Shown here: positions 57,701-64,000 of the stretch, in pieces
How the letters are laid out: every line of letters starts with the position of its first letter
Position numbering within the stretch: the stretch's first letter is position 1
Assembly (NCBI GenBank): GCA_028723455.1
Contig: JAQYEW010000064.1
Coordinates: 5,617-69,616, forward strand
DNA from: Prevotellaceae bacterium
Lineage (GTDB): Bacteria; Bacteroidota; Bacteroidia; Bacteroidales; Bacteroidaceae
Length of the DNA stretch: 64,000 nt
Reading direction: 5' to 3'
Made by a program: the position numbers and the translations under genes
Notes under the pieces: model-generated
What the model saw: only the letters and a program-made list of their open reading frames with translations
Told to the model about the DNA's origin: nothing
Database searches by the model: none

Positions 57701-58063
57701 GTAGTCATGAAGGATTTGTTTGAGGGCGTCGCGACAAAGCCCACGGACTTCGTCGTCGGGCAAATGCAGTTTATACGACCTGACGAGTTCCTGCTGCACA
57801 TTATCCAAATAGCCCTCACTTTCCTTCAGCCCATGAGCAATGCCATAGAGTTGTTCCAGAATGCGGTTTTTCATCTCGCCCGTAGCCTTGTTTGTAAAGG
57901 TTACAGCCAACGTTGCGCTAAACTCGCGTACGCCTTTGGCCACGAGCAGAGCGATATATTGAACGGTCAGACTGAATGTTTTGCCACTGCCTGCCGAAGC
58001 GGTGAATATAAGAAATCGGGAGTCCAAGATTCTCTGTTTGTTTTTATGGTAAAAAATAAGCAC
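54707..58063 (-). CDS. AddA-like UvrD/Rep-family helicase with a C-terminal PD-(D/E)XK nuclease
   Basis: ORF track, 1118 aa, GTG start. Motifs are Walker A FTASAGSGKT, MIDEFQDTS and VGDVKQSIYRWRNGD, with a C-terminal RPDRVM..VVLDFKFGK nuclease motif. Confidence 0.85.
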   Translation of the reverse strand: MLIFYHKNKQRILDSRFLIFTASAGSGKTFSLTVQYIALLVAKGVREFSATLAVTFTNKATGEMKNRILEQLYGIAHGLKESEGYLDNVQQELVRSYKLHLPDDEVRGLCRDALKQILHDYSRFYISTIDSFFQTVLRNMAHELGLTARLQVDISDDTVTEMAVEHLIDSLQYDDKELLPWLRDYIRTQMENGKTWDVRKALNRMAKNLFKEVYLRRPLDKRNKDYTLAHLKAFREALMTREKDIRQQLHESAMAFENILESNGVDYADLSHGNDWVKPYITRLKEGQCDGTFSPSLQKRVDDPLEFISVKQRKTVTAAFQYILQGLSDALRNLRDEHTRCGSILNTIGLIMETMHPIGVMGALDAEIKRANADANRFVLAHTPILLREMIGSSDAPFVFEKSGTRFHNVMIDEFQDTSSLQWEIFRVLLMNNLAEGGMSMVVGDVKQSIYRWRNGDWRILYALSQHGLPGYVMEPRPLNVNYRSLGNIITFNNDFFVRAAQWLDGLCPDASVRLTDMYADVRQGVSQGKEGRGYVRIHIDGIEARPDSSELEDKAKKKVLEEQAKEAKAAWQATTLQEMGEQILRLHEEHGVPFTQMAILIREKKSLGPMVAYFAEHFPQLKLVSNEAFRLNYSVAVNMLVAALRYLQETKQSEPNPLPLLYLVQHYLQDVLKQGVDKEGRKDMTFVLAKPEDTLPKEFLGNSSELMRLPLHQLCEHLYRLFRLHEIEGQDAYMLCFFDELQAFLADNSGDILSFLDYWDKKMQLLSIPSGAVDGITVQTIHTSKGLEYHSVFIPFLDEYIEEDKGGEVLWCTPEDAPMDYLGSLPVPQRTTLQNTNLASDYKREHDARRADALNVIYVAFTRAGSNLMVWGSVTRLQEAVVPKETSGDIVAAALGMENDVFELGMPEPYLAKKSKTKDKERDNRLAPDQKALPSLMCSFEGKTEFRQSRPAAQFVRTKGDETEEAENARQLGYIEKGKLLHYIFSQIKKVEEAESVVQDMLRQGVLRNESQVREVLSLARRGLNNPLVAEWFAGEMELYNECNVLVSVDGEVKELRPDRVMMDKERVVVLDFKFGKPHQDYNEQVKQYMDLMHQMYPEKQVEGYLWYVYKNMVERV

Positions 58064-58115
58064 ATAAGTATATAAGGGCCGGCTTGTAGCGCATGACTCT
58101 TATATGCTTATGTGC
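58041..58115 (-). terminator. Long hairpin plus T-tract downstream of the transporter gene, overlapping the annotated start of the AddA-like gene
   Basis: The arms are gcacataagtatataag (58060-58076) and cttatatgcttatgtgc (58099-58115), 16 of 17 complementary. The minus strand then reads cttattttttacc. Confidence 0.5.
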
Positions 58116-58150
58116 CTAAAGATATATTCAGGAAGGTTTCCCCTCTGTGC

Positions 58151-59842
58151 CTAAGTGTGGCAGAAGAAAAGCACCACAAGCTGAGCCACCAAGATACGCA
58201 GGAACATGCTCAGAGGATATACCGTACTGTAACCCACTGCGGGCGCCTCTTTCGAGCAGGCATCGTTGGCATAAGCCAATGCTGGGGGATCGGTATAAGT
58301 GCCGGCAAGCATACCCATAATAGTATAGTAGTTGAACTTATAACGCAGGCGCGCCAATGTACCCACTACCAGAATGGGGATGACCGTAATCAGGAAACCG
58401 GTGCCTACGTACTTCAAACCATCACCATTGGCCACCGTGTCCCAGAAGGTAGCACCGGCCTTGATGCCGACACTGGCCAAGAAGAGCGTGAGCCCCACTT
58501 CGCGTAACATCAAATTGGCGGAGGTCGTAGTATAAGTAACCAGTTTGGCACGATAGCCAAAACGACCTATCAGAATGGCAACAATCAGAGGACCACCCGC
58601 CAGACCCAATTTCAGGGGCACGGGCATACCGGGAATTGCAATCGGCAGGGAACCAAAGACCAGACCCACCAGAATGCCGATAAAGATAGTGGCGATATTG
58701 GGTGATTTCAAACGCTTGACACTATTACCCATCATGTCTGCAATGCGCTGCACATTGTCCTCCGGACCAACAACCATCACCTTGTCGCCGACTTGGAAGT
58801 GGTGGTTGCGGCTGGCATACATTTCCAAGCCCTGACGGGTAATACGCGTAATGTTGACGCCATAGAGGCTGCTGAAATGCATCTTGCCTAAGGTCTTGCC
58901 GTTCATCTTGGGATTGGTAACGGTGATGCGACGGCTTACCAAGGGTTGGGTATTAGCGCCATCGCTCCACTCGGCCTCGATGGGCGAACCGATGAAGGCA
59001 ATGACGGCATCATGGTCTGCCTCGGGACATACAAGCATGATTTCGTCGCCAACATGGAAAACCGTGTCGCGCTTGGGGATAAAGAGTTCGCCATTATGCA
59101 GCAGACGGGTGATGACAACATCGCGGTTCAGGAATTCCGTAACCTCAAGTACCGTACGCCCCTCCATGTATTTATTCTCCACACGCAGGTGCATGATATT
59201 GGGCTTGATATGGGGATTGGCAGCCTCGGCGGCTTCCAACTGCTCGTCTTCCTCCTTTAAGTTGATACGGCAGATGTAACGCACAGCTATCGTGGCACCG
59301 ATAATACCCAATACACCCAAAGGATATGCGCACGCATAACCATTAGCGATCTGGGGGGCATGCGCTCCGAAAATAGAAGTCAGGGCTTCGTTGGCAGCAC
59401 CCAAACCCGGAGTGTTCGTAACCGCACCATACATCGTTCCAACCATCATGGGCAAGGTCGTGGGGTCCGAGGTGTCAAAGAATGCGTAGTAGCAGGCAAA
59501 CATAACAGCCACATTCAGCAGGATGGCAGTCACAGCCATCAGATTCAGCTGCACGCCGCCCTTGCGGAAACTCTCGAAAAAACCGGGACCTACTTGCAGG
59601 CCAATGCAGAAAACAAAGAGTATGAGGCCAAAATCCTGAACAAAGGTAAGCACATTTGCGGGTCCCGTAAGACCGATATGGCCTGCCAGAATACCTGCGA
59701 AAAGCACAAACGTTACCCCTAAGGAAATACCTCCGATTTTGATTTTGCCCAACAGAACGCCAACGGCAATAACCATTGCGTAAAGGAGGGCAATGTGTGC
59801 CACGGAATCCGTGGCGGTGAAAAGGTCAACTAACCAATCCAT
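58151..59842 (-). CDS. YidE/YbjL (AspT-like) family transporter with two central TrkA_C/RCK_C domains
   Basis: ORF 58151..59881 trimmed to M14 (MDWLVDLFTATDSVAHIALLYAMVIAV). It has two membrane halves flanking duplicated soluble domains (..GRTVLEV..VVITRLLHNGE.., ..GKTLGKM..VNITRITRQG..). Confidence 0.8.
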   Translation of the reverse strand: MDWLVDLFTATDSVAHIALLYAMVIAVGVLLGKIKIGGISLGVTFVLFAGILAGHIGLTGPANVLTFVQDFGLILFVFCIGLQVGPGFFESFRKGGVQLNLMAVTAILLNVAVMFACYYAFFDTSDPTTLPMMVGTMYGAVTNTPGLGAANEALTSIFGAHAPQIANGYACAYPLGVLGIIGATIAVRYICRINLKEEDEQLEAAEAANPHIKPNIMHLRVENKYMEGRTVLEVTEFLNRDVVITRLLHNGELFIPKRDTVFHVGDEIMLVCPEADHDAVIAFIGSPIEAEWSDGANTQPLVSRRITVTNPKMNGKTLGKMHFSSLYGVNITRITRQGLEMYASRNHHFQVGDKVMVVGPEDNVQRIADMMGNSVKRLKSPNIATIFIGILVGLVFGSLPIAIPGMPVPLKLGLAGGPLIVAILIGRFGYRAKLVTYTTTSANLMLREVGLTLFLASVGIKAGATFWDTVANGDGLKYVGTGFLITVIPILVVGTLARLRYKFNYYTIMGMLAGTYTDPPALAYANDACSKEAPAVGYSTVYPLSMFLRILVAQLVVLFFCHT

Positions 59843-59878
59843 TGCAATAAAATTTAGTAAACTTTTTGAAAACTTGTG

Positions 59879-59886
59879 CAAAGGTA
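59879..59886 (-). promoter_or_regulatory. Bacteroidota -7 box (TAccTTTG) for the transporter gene
   Basis: Plus strand reads caaaggta, 37 nt upstream of the ATG at 59842. Confidence 0.45.
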
Positions 59887-59927
59887 AGCAAAAAAGTGAG
59901 GCATGAACACCCCACCCGTCATTTTTT

Positions 59928-60341
59928 TTACCGATAATCCTTCGGACTTATTTCTTCTTTCATCATTACCCTACCCGTGCGCCGGCTGGAATAGACGTAA
60001 AGGAAGGTGCATCCCTGTTCCTTGTACTCACGCATGGCTATGCTGCCGCGTATATTGCCCAGCAGGGATTCACGGTTTTTCTGGCGCAGCTCACCCGTGA
60101 TCAACGTGCTGTCATCAGCTTCGCCTTCTAATGTGTAGTGATAGCCCAAGGTGAGCGTAGAGGCGTCAAATGACATGCTGTCCATGATGGTGTATTCGTC
60201 TATTCTGCGCCCCGCATCACGCTGGTTGAACTCCGACACCTCCTTCTCTACTCTCTCCTCAAAACTTGTCTTTTGACAGGCCGCCAGCATGAATGCCCCC
60301 GACAGTGTGATAAAAAGGGCATGTTTTACTTTTGTTCTCAT
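59928..60341 (-). CDS. Hypothetical lipoprotein
   Basis: ORF track, 137 aa, with the lipoprotein signal MRTKVKHALFITLSGAFMLAAC. Confidence 0.6.
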   Translation of the reverse strand: MRTKVKHALFITLSGAFMLAACQKTSFEERVEKEVSEFNQRDAGRRIDEYTIMDSMSFDASTLTLGYHYTLEGEADDSTLITGELRQKNRESLLGNIRGSIAMREYKEQGCTFLYVYSSRRTGRVMMKEEISPKDYR

Positions 60342-60527
60342 CCTTGAAATCCTTGTGTTTTAAGTACAAAGATAGGTATAAGGCTTGATATATGTCAATA
60401 AAAGGTAAAGTTTTGTTATTTTCACATTTAACATTCTGTTACTTTTATCATAAAGAACATAAATTTGCATATCTCTAATAGGAAAACATAGAGTTTTAGA
60501 AAAGCAGTACAATATAAAAAGGTAAAA

Positions 60528-60731
60528 ATGATGAACGAAAAAGTTGGAAGCATTGCCGGTCAGATTTGGACCGCACTGAGCGAGAAGGGCGCCCTCAACG
60601 GCAAGGACCTGAAGAAGGCCGCCAAGTTGAAGACCGACAAGGAACTCTGCTTGGGTCTGGGTTGGCTGTTGCGCGAAGGCAAGATTAACGTTACCGAGGA
60701 CGGTAAGGAAATCCTTGTTTCCCTGATCTGA
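60528..60731 (+). CDS. Small winged-helix protein (DUF2582-like)
   Basis: ORF track, 67 aa: VGSIAGQIWTALSEKGALNGKDLKKAAKL..LGLGWLLREGKI. Confidence 0.7.
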   Translation: MMNEKVGSIAGQIWTALSEKGALNGKDLKKAAKLKTDKELCLGLGWLLREGKINVTEDGKEILVSLI

Positions 60732-60743
60732 CAACAAGAATCT

Positions 60744-60803
60744 AACGGCCAGCCTCGTTCCACAGGGAAATCCCCGTGGAACGAGGCTGGCCGTTATCTT
60801 TTT
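60744..60803 (+). terminator. Intrinsic terminator with an unusually long stem of about 24 bp
   Basis: The arm aacggccagcctcgttccac (60744-60763) pairs with gtggaacgaggctggccgtt (60776-60795). An inner ggga/tccc pairing is present, and the stem is followed by atcttttt. Confidence 0.8.
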
Positions 60804-60816
60804 ATATAACGATAAG

Positions 60817-61110
60817 ATGATAAAAGTATTTGTAATGGACACCTGCCCCGATTGTACGCAGGTAAAGGCGTCTTTGGCAGACAATCCGGATTTTCAGCTC
60901 ATTGACATTGGCCGGCACGTAGGTAACCTGAAAGCGTTCTTGCGCCTTAGGGACAGCAATCCAGCCTTTGATACCGTAAAATCCCACGGACTCGTGGGCA
61001 TTCCCTGCTTTGTTTTGGAGGACGGTTCTGTCCTTTTTGAGATGGACGGCGTTTTCGAGGGGGGCAGACAAGAACCTGCGTCCTGCAATTTGAACGGGAA
61101 GGGTTGTTAG
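60817..61110 (+). CDS. Glutaredoxin/NrdH-like thioredoxin-fold protein
   Basis: ORF track, 97 aa. The CxxC motif is MDTCPDCTQ, with GIPCF later in the sequence. Confidence 0.7.
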   Translation: MIKVFVMDTCPDCTQVKASLADNPDFQLIDIGRHVGNLKAFLRLRDSNPAFDTVKSHGLVGIPCFVLEDGSVLFEMDGVFEGGRQEPASCNLNGKGC

Positions 61111-61112
61111 AT

Positions 61113-61400
61113 ATGGCTCCTGTCTTATTTTCCTTTGATGCCGTCATTGAGTCCGTTGAGGCTACAGGTGGCGCATACGTCAGGGTGCCATTTAACATCC
61201 GGGCGTTGTTCGGGAAAGGCCGGTTAAAGGTGCATGCCGAGTTTGAGGGAATCCCATACGACGGAAGCATTGTCAACATGGGTATAAAGCATGAGGACGG
61301 TTCCGTCTGCTATATTATAGGCGTTCGCAAAGACATACGTCAGCAATTGGGGAAAAGTGCTGGAGACAGCATACACGTAACGCTGTATCCCCTGCTCTGA
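61113..61400 (+). CDS. DUF1905 domain-containing protein
   Basis: ORF 61104..61400 (TTG) trimmed to the ATG at 61113: FDAVIESVEATGGAYVRVPFNIRALFGKGRLKVHAEFEGIPYDGSIVNMG. Confidence 0.7.
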   Translation: MAPVLFSFDAVIESVEATGGAYVRVPFNIRALFGKGRLKVHAEFEGIPYDGSIVNMGIKHEDGSVCYIIGVRKDIRQQLGKSAGDSIHVTLYPLL

Positions 61401-61421
61401 CAAGCCAAAAGCAGCCACCTC

Positions 61422-61509
61422 AATAAAACATCTATATGTTTTGAAAAAATTATCTATATGTTTTTACAAAATCATATAGATGTTTTTGTAAAATCATATA
61501 GATGTTTTC
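61422..61509. repeat. Tandem repeat array C: 4 units of exactly 22 bp
   Basis: Units are aataaaacatctatatgttttg, aaaaaattatctatatgttttt, acaaaatcatatagatgttttt and gtaaaatcatatagatgttttc. They are contiguous with no spacers. Confidence 0.85.
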
Positions 61510-61532
61510 TTCCAACTAATATAAAGAAATGA

Positions 61533-61560
61533 AAGGGCCCTGCCTCACGGCAGAGCCCTT
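61533..61560. terminator. Bidirectional terminator hairpin (rpsP on the minus strand, the DUF1905 gene on the plus strand)
   Basis: The arm aagggccctgcc pairs with ggcagagccctt around the loop tcac, 11 of 12 bp paired, with T-rich flanks on both strands. Confidence 0.65.
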
Positions 61561-61608
61561 CGTTGTGTTTGGAAAATCTATTGAAATAAAATTTTTAACT
61601 TTTGATGA

Positions 61609-62142
61609 TTAAGCCTCAGCGGGAGTTTCAGTTACCTCTTCTGCAGCTTCGCTGGCCTCAGCCTCTGCCTGGGCGGCAGCTGCGGCAGCCTTCTTCTCTG
61701 CTACTTTCTTAGCGATCTCTGCGTTGGCAGCCTTTTCAGCCTCCAACTTTGCGGCAGCAGCAGCCTTCTTGTCAGCAGCTACCTTTGCCTCTACAGCTGC
61801 GGTACCCTGCTTCTTCTCAGCCTGCCATTGCTCGAACTTAGCCTGTGCAGCAGCTTCGTCGAATGCGCCCTTCTTGACACCACCTTTGAGGTGCTTCATC
61901 AAGTAAACGCCCTCCTTTGAAAGGATGTTGCGTACGGTGTCGGTAGGTTGTGCACCAGCCTCTACCCAGTACAGAGCGCGGTCGAATTTCAAATCTACAG
62001 TGGCAGGATTGGTGTTGGGGTTGAAAGTACCAATCTTTTCTGTAAACTTACCATCGCGTGGAGCTCTTACATCAGCAATCACGATGCTGTAAAAAGCGTA
62101 ACTCTTACGTCCGTGACGCTGCAATCTAATTTTTGTTGCCAT
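61609..62142 (-). CDS. rpsP: 30S ribosomal protein S16 with a C-terminal extension of about 90 aa rich in Ala, Lys and Glu
   Basis: ORF track, 177 aa: [42 protein letters not shown].., then ..[66 protein letters not shown].. Confidence 0.95.
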   Translation of the reverse strand: MATKIRLQRHGRKSYAFYSIVIADVRAPRDGKFTEKIGTFNPNTNPATVDLKFDRALYWVEAGAQPTDTVRNILSKEGVYLMKHLKGGVKKGAFDEAAAQAKFEQWQAEKKQGTAAVEAKVAADKKAAAAAKLEAEKAANAEIAKKVAEKKAAAAAAQAEAEASEAAEEVTETPAEA

Positions 62143-62205
62143 TTTTTTGAGTTAAAATTTTATTTAATAGGTTTGAAATATGCCGCCAACTCGTGACGGC
62201 AACTG

Positions 62206-62213
62206 CAAAGGTA
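62206..62213 (-). promoter_or_regulatory. Bacteroidota -7 box (TAccTTTG) for rpsP
   Basis: Plus strand reads caaaggta, 64 nt upstream of the ATG at 62142. Confidence 0.45.
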
Positions 62214-62260
62214 CGAAAATGTTTTGACTCTTACGCTATTATGTGCCTATTATTTCTGTT

Positions 62261-64000
62261 TTAAGCCTCCAAAAATGCTTCCGCAAGGGCCAGAGTATCT
62301 TGTTTTCCTACGTCCAACAGACGCAAACCGGGCTGAACGTAACCACGGATGACGCGTTGCGCACAGGACTGGAGATAAAAATCGATGATGCTGAACTTCT
62401 CCGGCCAGCCCTCCATGTCGGCGATTAGGGATGTACGCATTTGATGGATACCTGCAAAGGCCAGTTTGTTGCAGGAGGAGACGTCCAGGTTTTTGTAGGG
62501 CGATTTGACCTCCCCCGTTTGCACGTTCGTCCATCCCACGAGCCGCATATCATCATCGAAAAGCAGATAGCGCTGGGTATCGCGCTCGCTGACCAAGAGG
62601 GTGGCATCGGACGTGGCTCCATGCTGCCAGAAAGCCTCCAAGTCCACATTGCTTAAAATATCAACATTATGAATCAGGAAGCGGTCCGTCCCCACTAACA
62701 AAGGGGCCGCATGGCGAATGCCTCCACCCGTTTCCAGAAGTTTTTCGCGTTCGTTGCTCAAGGCAATGCGTCCGCGTCCACGGCACCAATGCTCAATCTG
62801 ATCGGCATGGTGATGGATGTTCACCACGACATCATCGAAACCCACCCGTTGGAGTTTCTCCAATTGGATTTGCAGAAGTGGTTTCCCCCCCACAGGTACA
62901 AGCGCCTTGGGTATGAAGTCCGTGAGCGGTTTTAGGCGTGTGCCCATTCCGGCGGCAAAAATCATGGCCTTGCGACCATAGGCAGGGGCTTGTTCTGCCG
63001 CAGGCAGGATTTGGCGGATGTTTTGTTCGCGATGTACCAAACGTACCTCGATGCCGAATTCCCGATTCAGGTGTTCGGCCAAATGTTGTGCACTGTACAC
63101 ACTGCGATGCTGGCCTCCCGTGCAGCCGAAGGAGAACATCAGGTCAGTAAAGCCACGCGCCAAATAACGTTCCACATGAGCATCAGCCAGGCGGTACACG
63201 CTCTCCAGAAAAACAAGGATCTCACCGTCTTGCTCAAGGAAGTCTATCACAGGACGGTCCAGCCCCGTTTGTTTTTTATAGGGTTCGTATCGCCCGGGGT
63301 TATGCGTGGAACGGCAGTCGAAAACGTAGCCTCCTCCGTTTCCGCTCTCGTCGGTGGGAATGCCTTTCTTGTAGGAAAAACTGAAAACGCGCACGACAAG
63401 CGGCCCCCGACCATCGAACTTTGAAGCCGTTGGTTGTGCGTTAGCCGGATTGACAGCAGGCGTATAGTAGGTTATCAGTCTTGTAAGCACGTCCTGAAGA
63501 TAAGCGTCCGTGCAAGCGCCCTCTGCCAACAGTTCCCTCACGTTCTGAATAGCAAAGGGGATGCTGTCCAGAAAATACTTTTTCTTTTCTATCAAACCAC
63601 GAAATCCATAGGCACCCAAAACCTGCAACTGGCGGAAGAGTGCCACCTGACGCAGTTGTTGCTTGAATGACACTTCATTCACGTCAACCAGCGTACGCAG
63701 CACTGCAAGGTATTCGTCGACCAACTGCCAACGTAGTTCGCTTGCATAGCGCGCCGATGCCTGCCACAAGAAGGAAGCCAAATCGTAGTGGACGGGGCCC
63801 AAGCGGCCACCCTGATAATCGATCAGATGGGGATTCCCCTCCGTATCCAACATCAGATTGCGTGCCTGATAATCGCGGTACATAAAGCCCGTTTGCAGGC
63901 CATTGGCAAGCAAGGCGGCAAAGCTTCGGAAACTCTCCTCCAAGCGCATTTCGTGGAAGGCCACATGTGAGGGCATGAGGAAGCAATACTTGAAATAGTT
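62261..64000 (-). CDS. Three-domain fusion: AmgK-like sugar kinase (aminoglycoside-phosphotransferase fold), a RapZ C-terminal-like domain and a MurU-like sugar-1-phosphate nucleotidyltransferase. The 5' end lies outside the window.
   Basis: ORF track 62261..63976. The frame remains open upstream to the window edge (..NYFKYCFLMPSHV). The kinase motifs are YRDYQARNLML and LIDYQGGRLGPVHYDLASFL. The RapZ-C-like block is VVRVFSFSYKKGIP..YVFDCRSTHNPGRYEPYKKQTGLDRPVIDFL..FGCTGGQHRSVYSAQHLAEHL. The nucleotidyltransferase motif is KAMIFAAGMGTRLKPLTDFIPKALVPVGGKPLL. Confidence 0.85.
   Translation of the reverse strand, partial: NYFKYCFLMPSHVAFHEMRLEESFRSFAALLANGLQTGFMYRDYQARNLMLDTEGNPHLIDYQGGRLGPVHYDLASFLWQASARYASELRWQLVDEYLAVLRTLVDVNEVSFKQQLRQVALFRQLQVLGAYGFRGLIEKKKYFLDSIPFAIQNVRELLAEGACTDAYLQDVLTRLITYYTPAVNPANAQPTASKFDGRGPLVVRVFSFSYKKGIPTDESGNGGGYVFDCRSTHNPGRYEPYKKQTGLDRPVIDFLEQDGEILVFLESVYRLADAHVERYLARGFTDLMFSFGCTGGQHRSVYSAQHLAEHLNREFGIEVRLVHREQNIRQILPAAEQAPAYGRKAMIFAAGMGTRLKPLTDFIPKALVPVGGKPLLQIQLEKLQRVGFDDVVVNIHHHADQIEHWCRGRGRIALSNEREKLLETGGGIRHAAPLLVGTDRFLIHNVDILSNVDLEAFWQHGATSDATLLVSERDTQRYLLFDDDMRLVGWTNVQTGEVKSPYKNLDVSSCNKLAFAGIHQMRTSLIADMEGWPEKFSIIDFYLQSCAQRVIRGYVQPGLRLLDVGKQDTLALAEAFLEA

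Noticed and set aside
60360-60884. A 174-aa minus-strand ORF spanning the promoter region, the winged-helix gene and the long terminator hairpin.
   Set aside because: It is antisense to a well-formed small gene and crosses a 24-bp hairpin and AT-rich promoter DNA. Its translation has no recognisable features.
61422-61509. The possibility that the tandem repeat arrays (also at 13686-13752 and 38228-38320) are CRISPR arrays or MITEs.
   Set aside because: The units are directly adjacent with no unique spacers, are only 22-23 bp long and number 3-4 per locus, and no cas genes are present. I saw no terminal inverted repeats or target-site duplications flanking the arrays. I keep them as a finding, but not as CRISPR or mobile elements.

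Overview
This 64 kb window is a chromosomal segment of a Bacteroidota genome, probably Bacteroidales and Prevotella-like. The evidence is about 50% GC, TAnnTTTG -7 boxes upstream of many genes, and the gene content. I support about 55 protein genes, one tRNA-Pro(UGG), one clear cobalamin riboswitch, several intrinsic terminators and a family of short tandem repeats. I saw no rRNA, CRISPR array, transposase, integrase or phage genes. Layout, left to right: (1) 1-8213, a minus-strand envelope cluster with a TetR regulator, then an MMPL/RND-type permease, a small outer-membrane (OM) beta-barrel, a LolA-like protein, a DUF1302-like OM protein and a TonB-dependent receptor. (2) eno, an RIC di-iron protein plus a LysR regulator, a TtcA-like protein, a TrmH-family methyltransferase and mfd. 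(3) 18.1-28.4 kb, a vitamin B12 uptake and lower-ligand assembly island: riboswitch, BtuB-like receptor, beta-propeller lipoprotein, BtuF-like, BtuC-like, cobU, cobT, cobS and cobC, convergent with cbiB-cobD. (4) A sigma-54 activator, an LptE-like protein, a hypothetical protein and secG. (5) GH43, serC, serA, DUF1015, YigZ, a Gfo/Idh/MocA oxidoreductase, an acidic-tail protein, ispE, a secreted R/N/D/Y-rich protein, GH127-like, serS, a fused NfnAB-like oxidoreductase, small stress genes and gpx. (6) tRNA-Pro, an AddB-like/AddA-like pair, a YidE/YbjL-type transporter, small redox genes, rpsP and a 5'-truncated AmgK / RapZ-C-like / MurU fusion gene. Most of the window is housekeeping. The least explained signals are these: (a) a dispersed family of 22-23 bp tandem, partly palindromic AT-rich repeats (core AAAACATATATGTTTT) at three or more intergenic loci; (b) the uncharacterised MMPL / LolA-like / DUF1302 / TonB-receptor cluster; (c) the three-domain AmgK / RapZ-C / MurU fusion; (d) the B12 island, which has no ABC ATPase and may carry a degenerate second riboswitch. 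All family assignments come from reading the translations and recognising motifs. No database search was run. The ORF track shows alternative start codons (GTG/TTG) as M, so several starts below were moved to internal ATGs that are followed by signal peptides.
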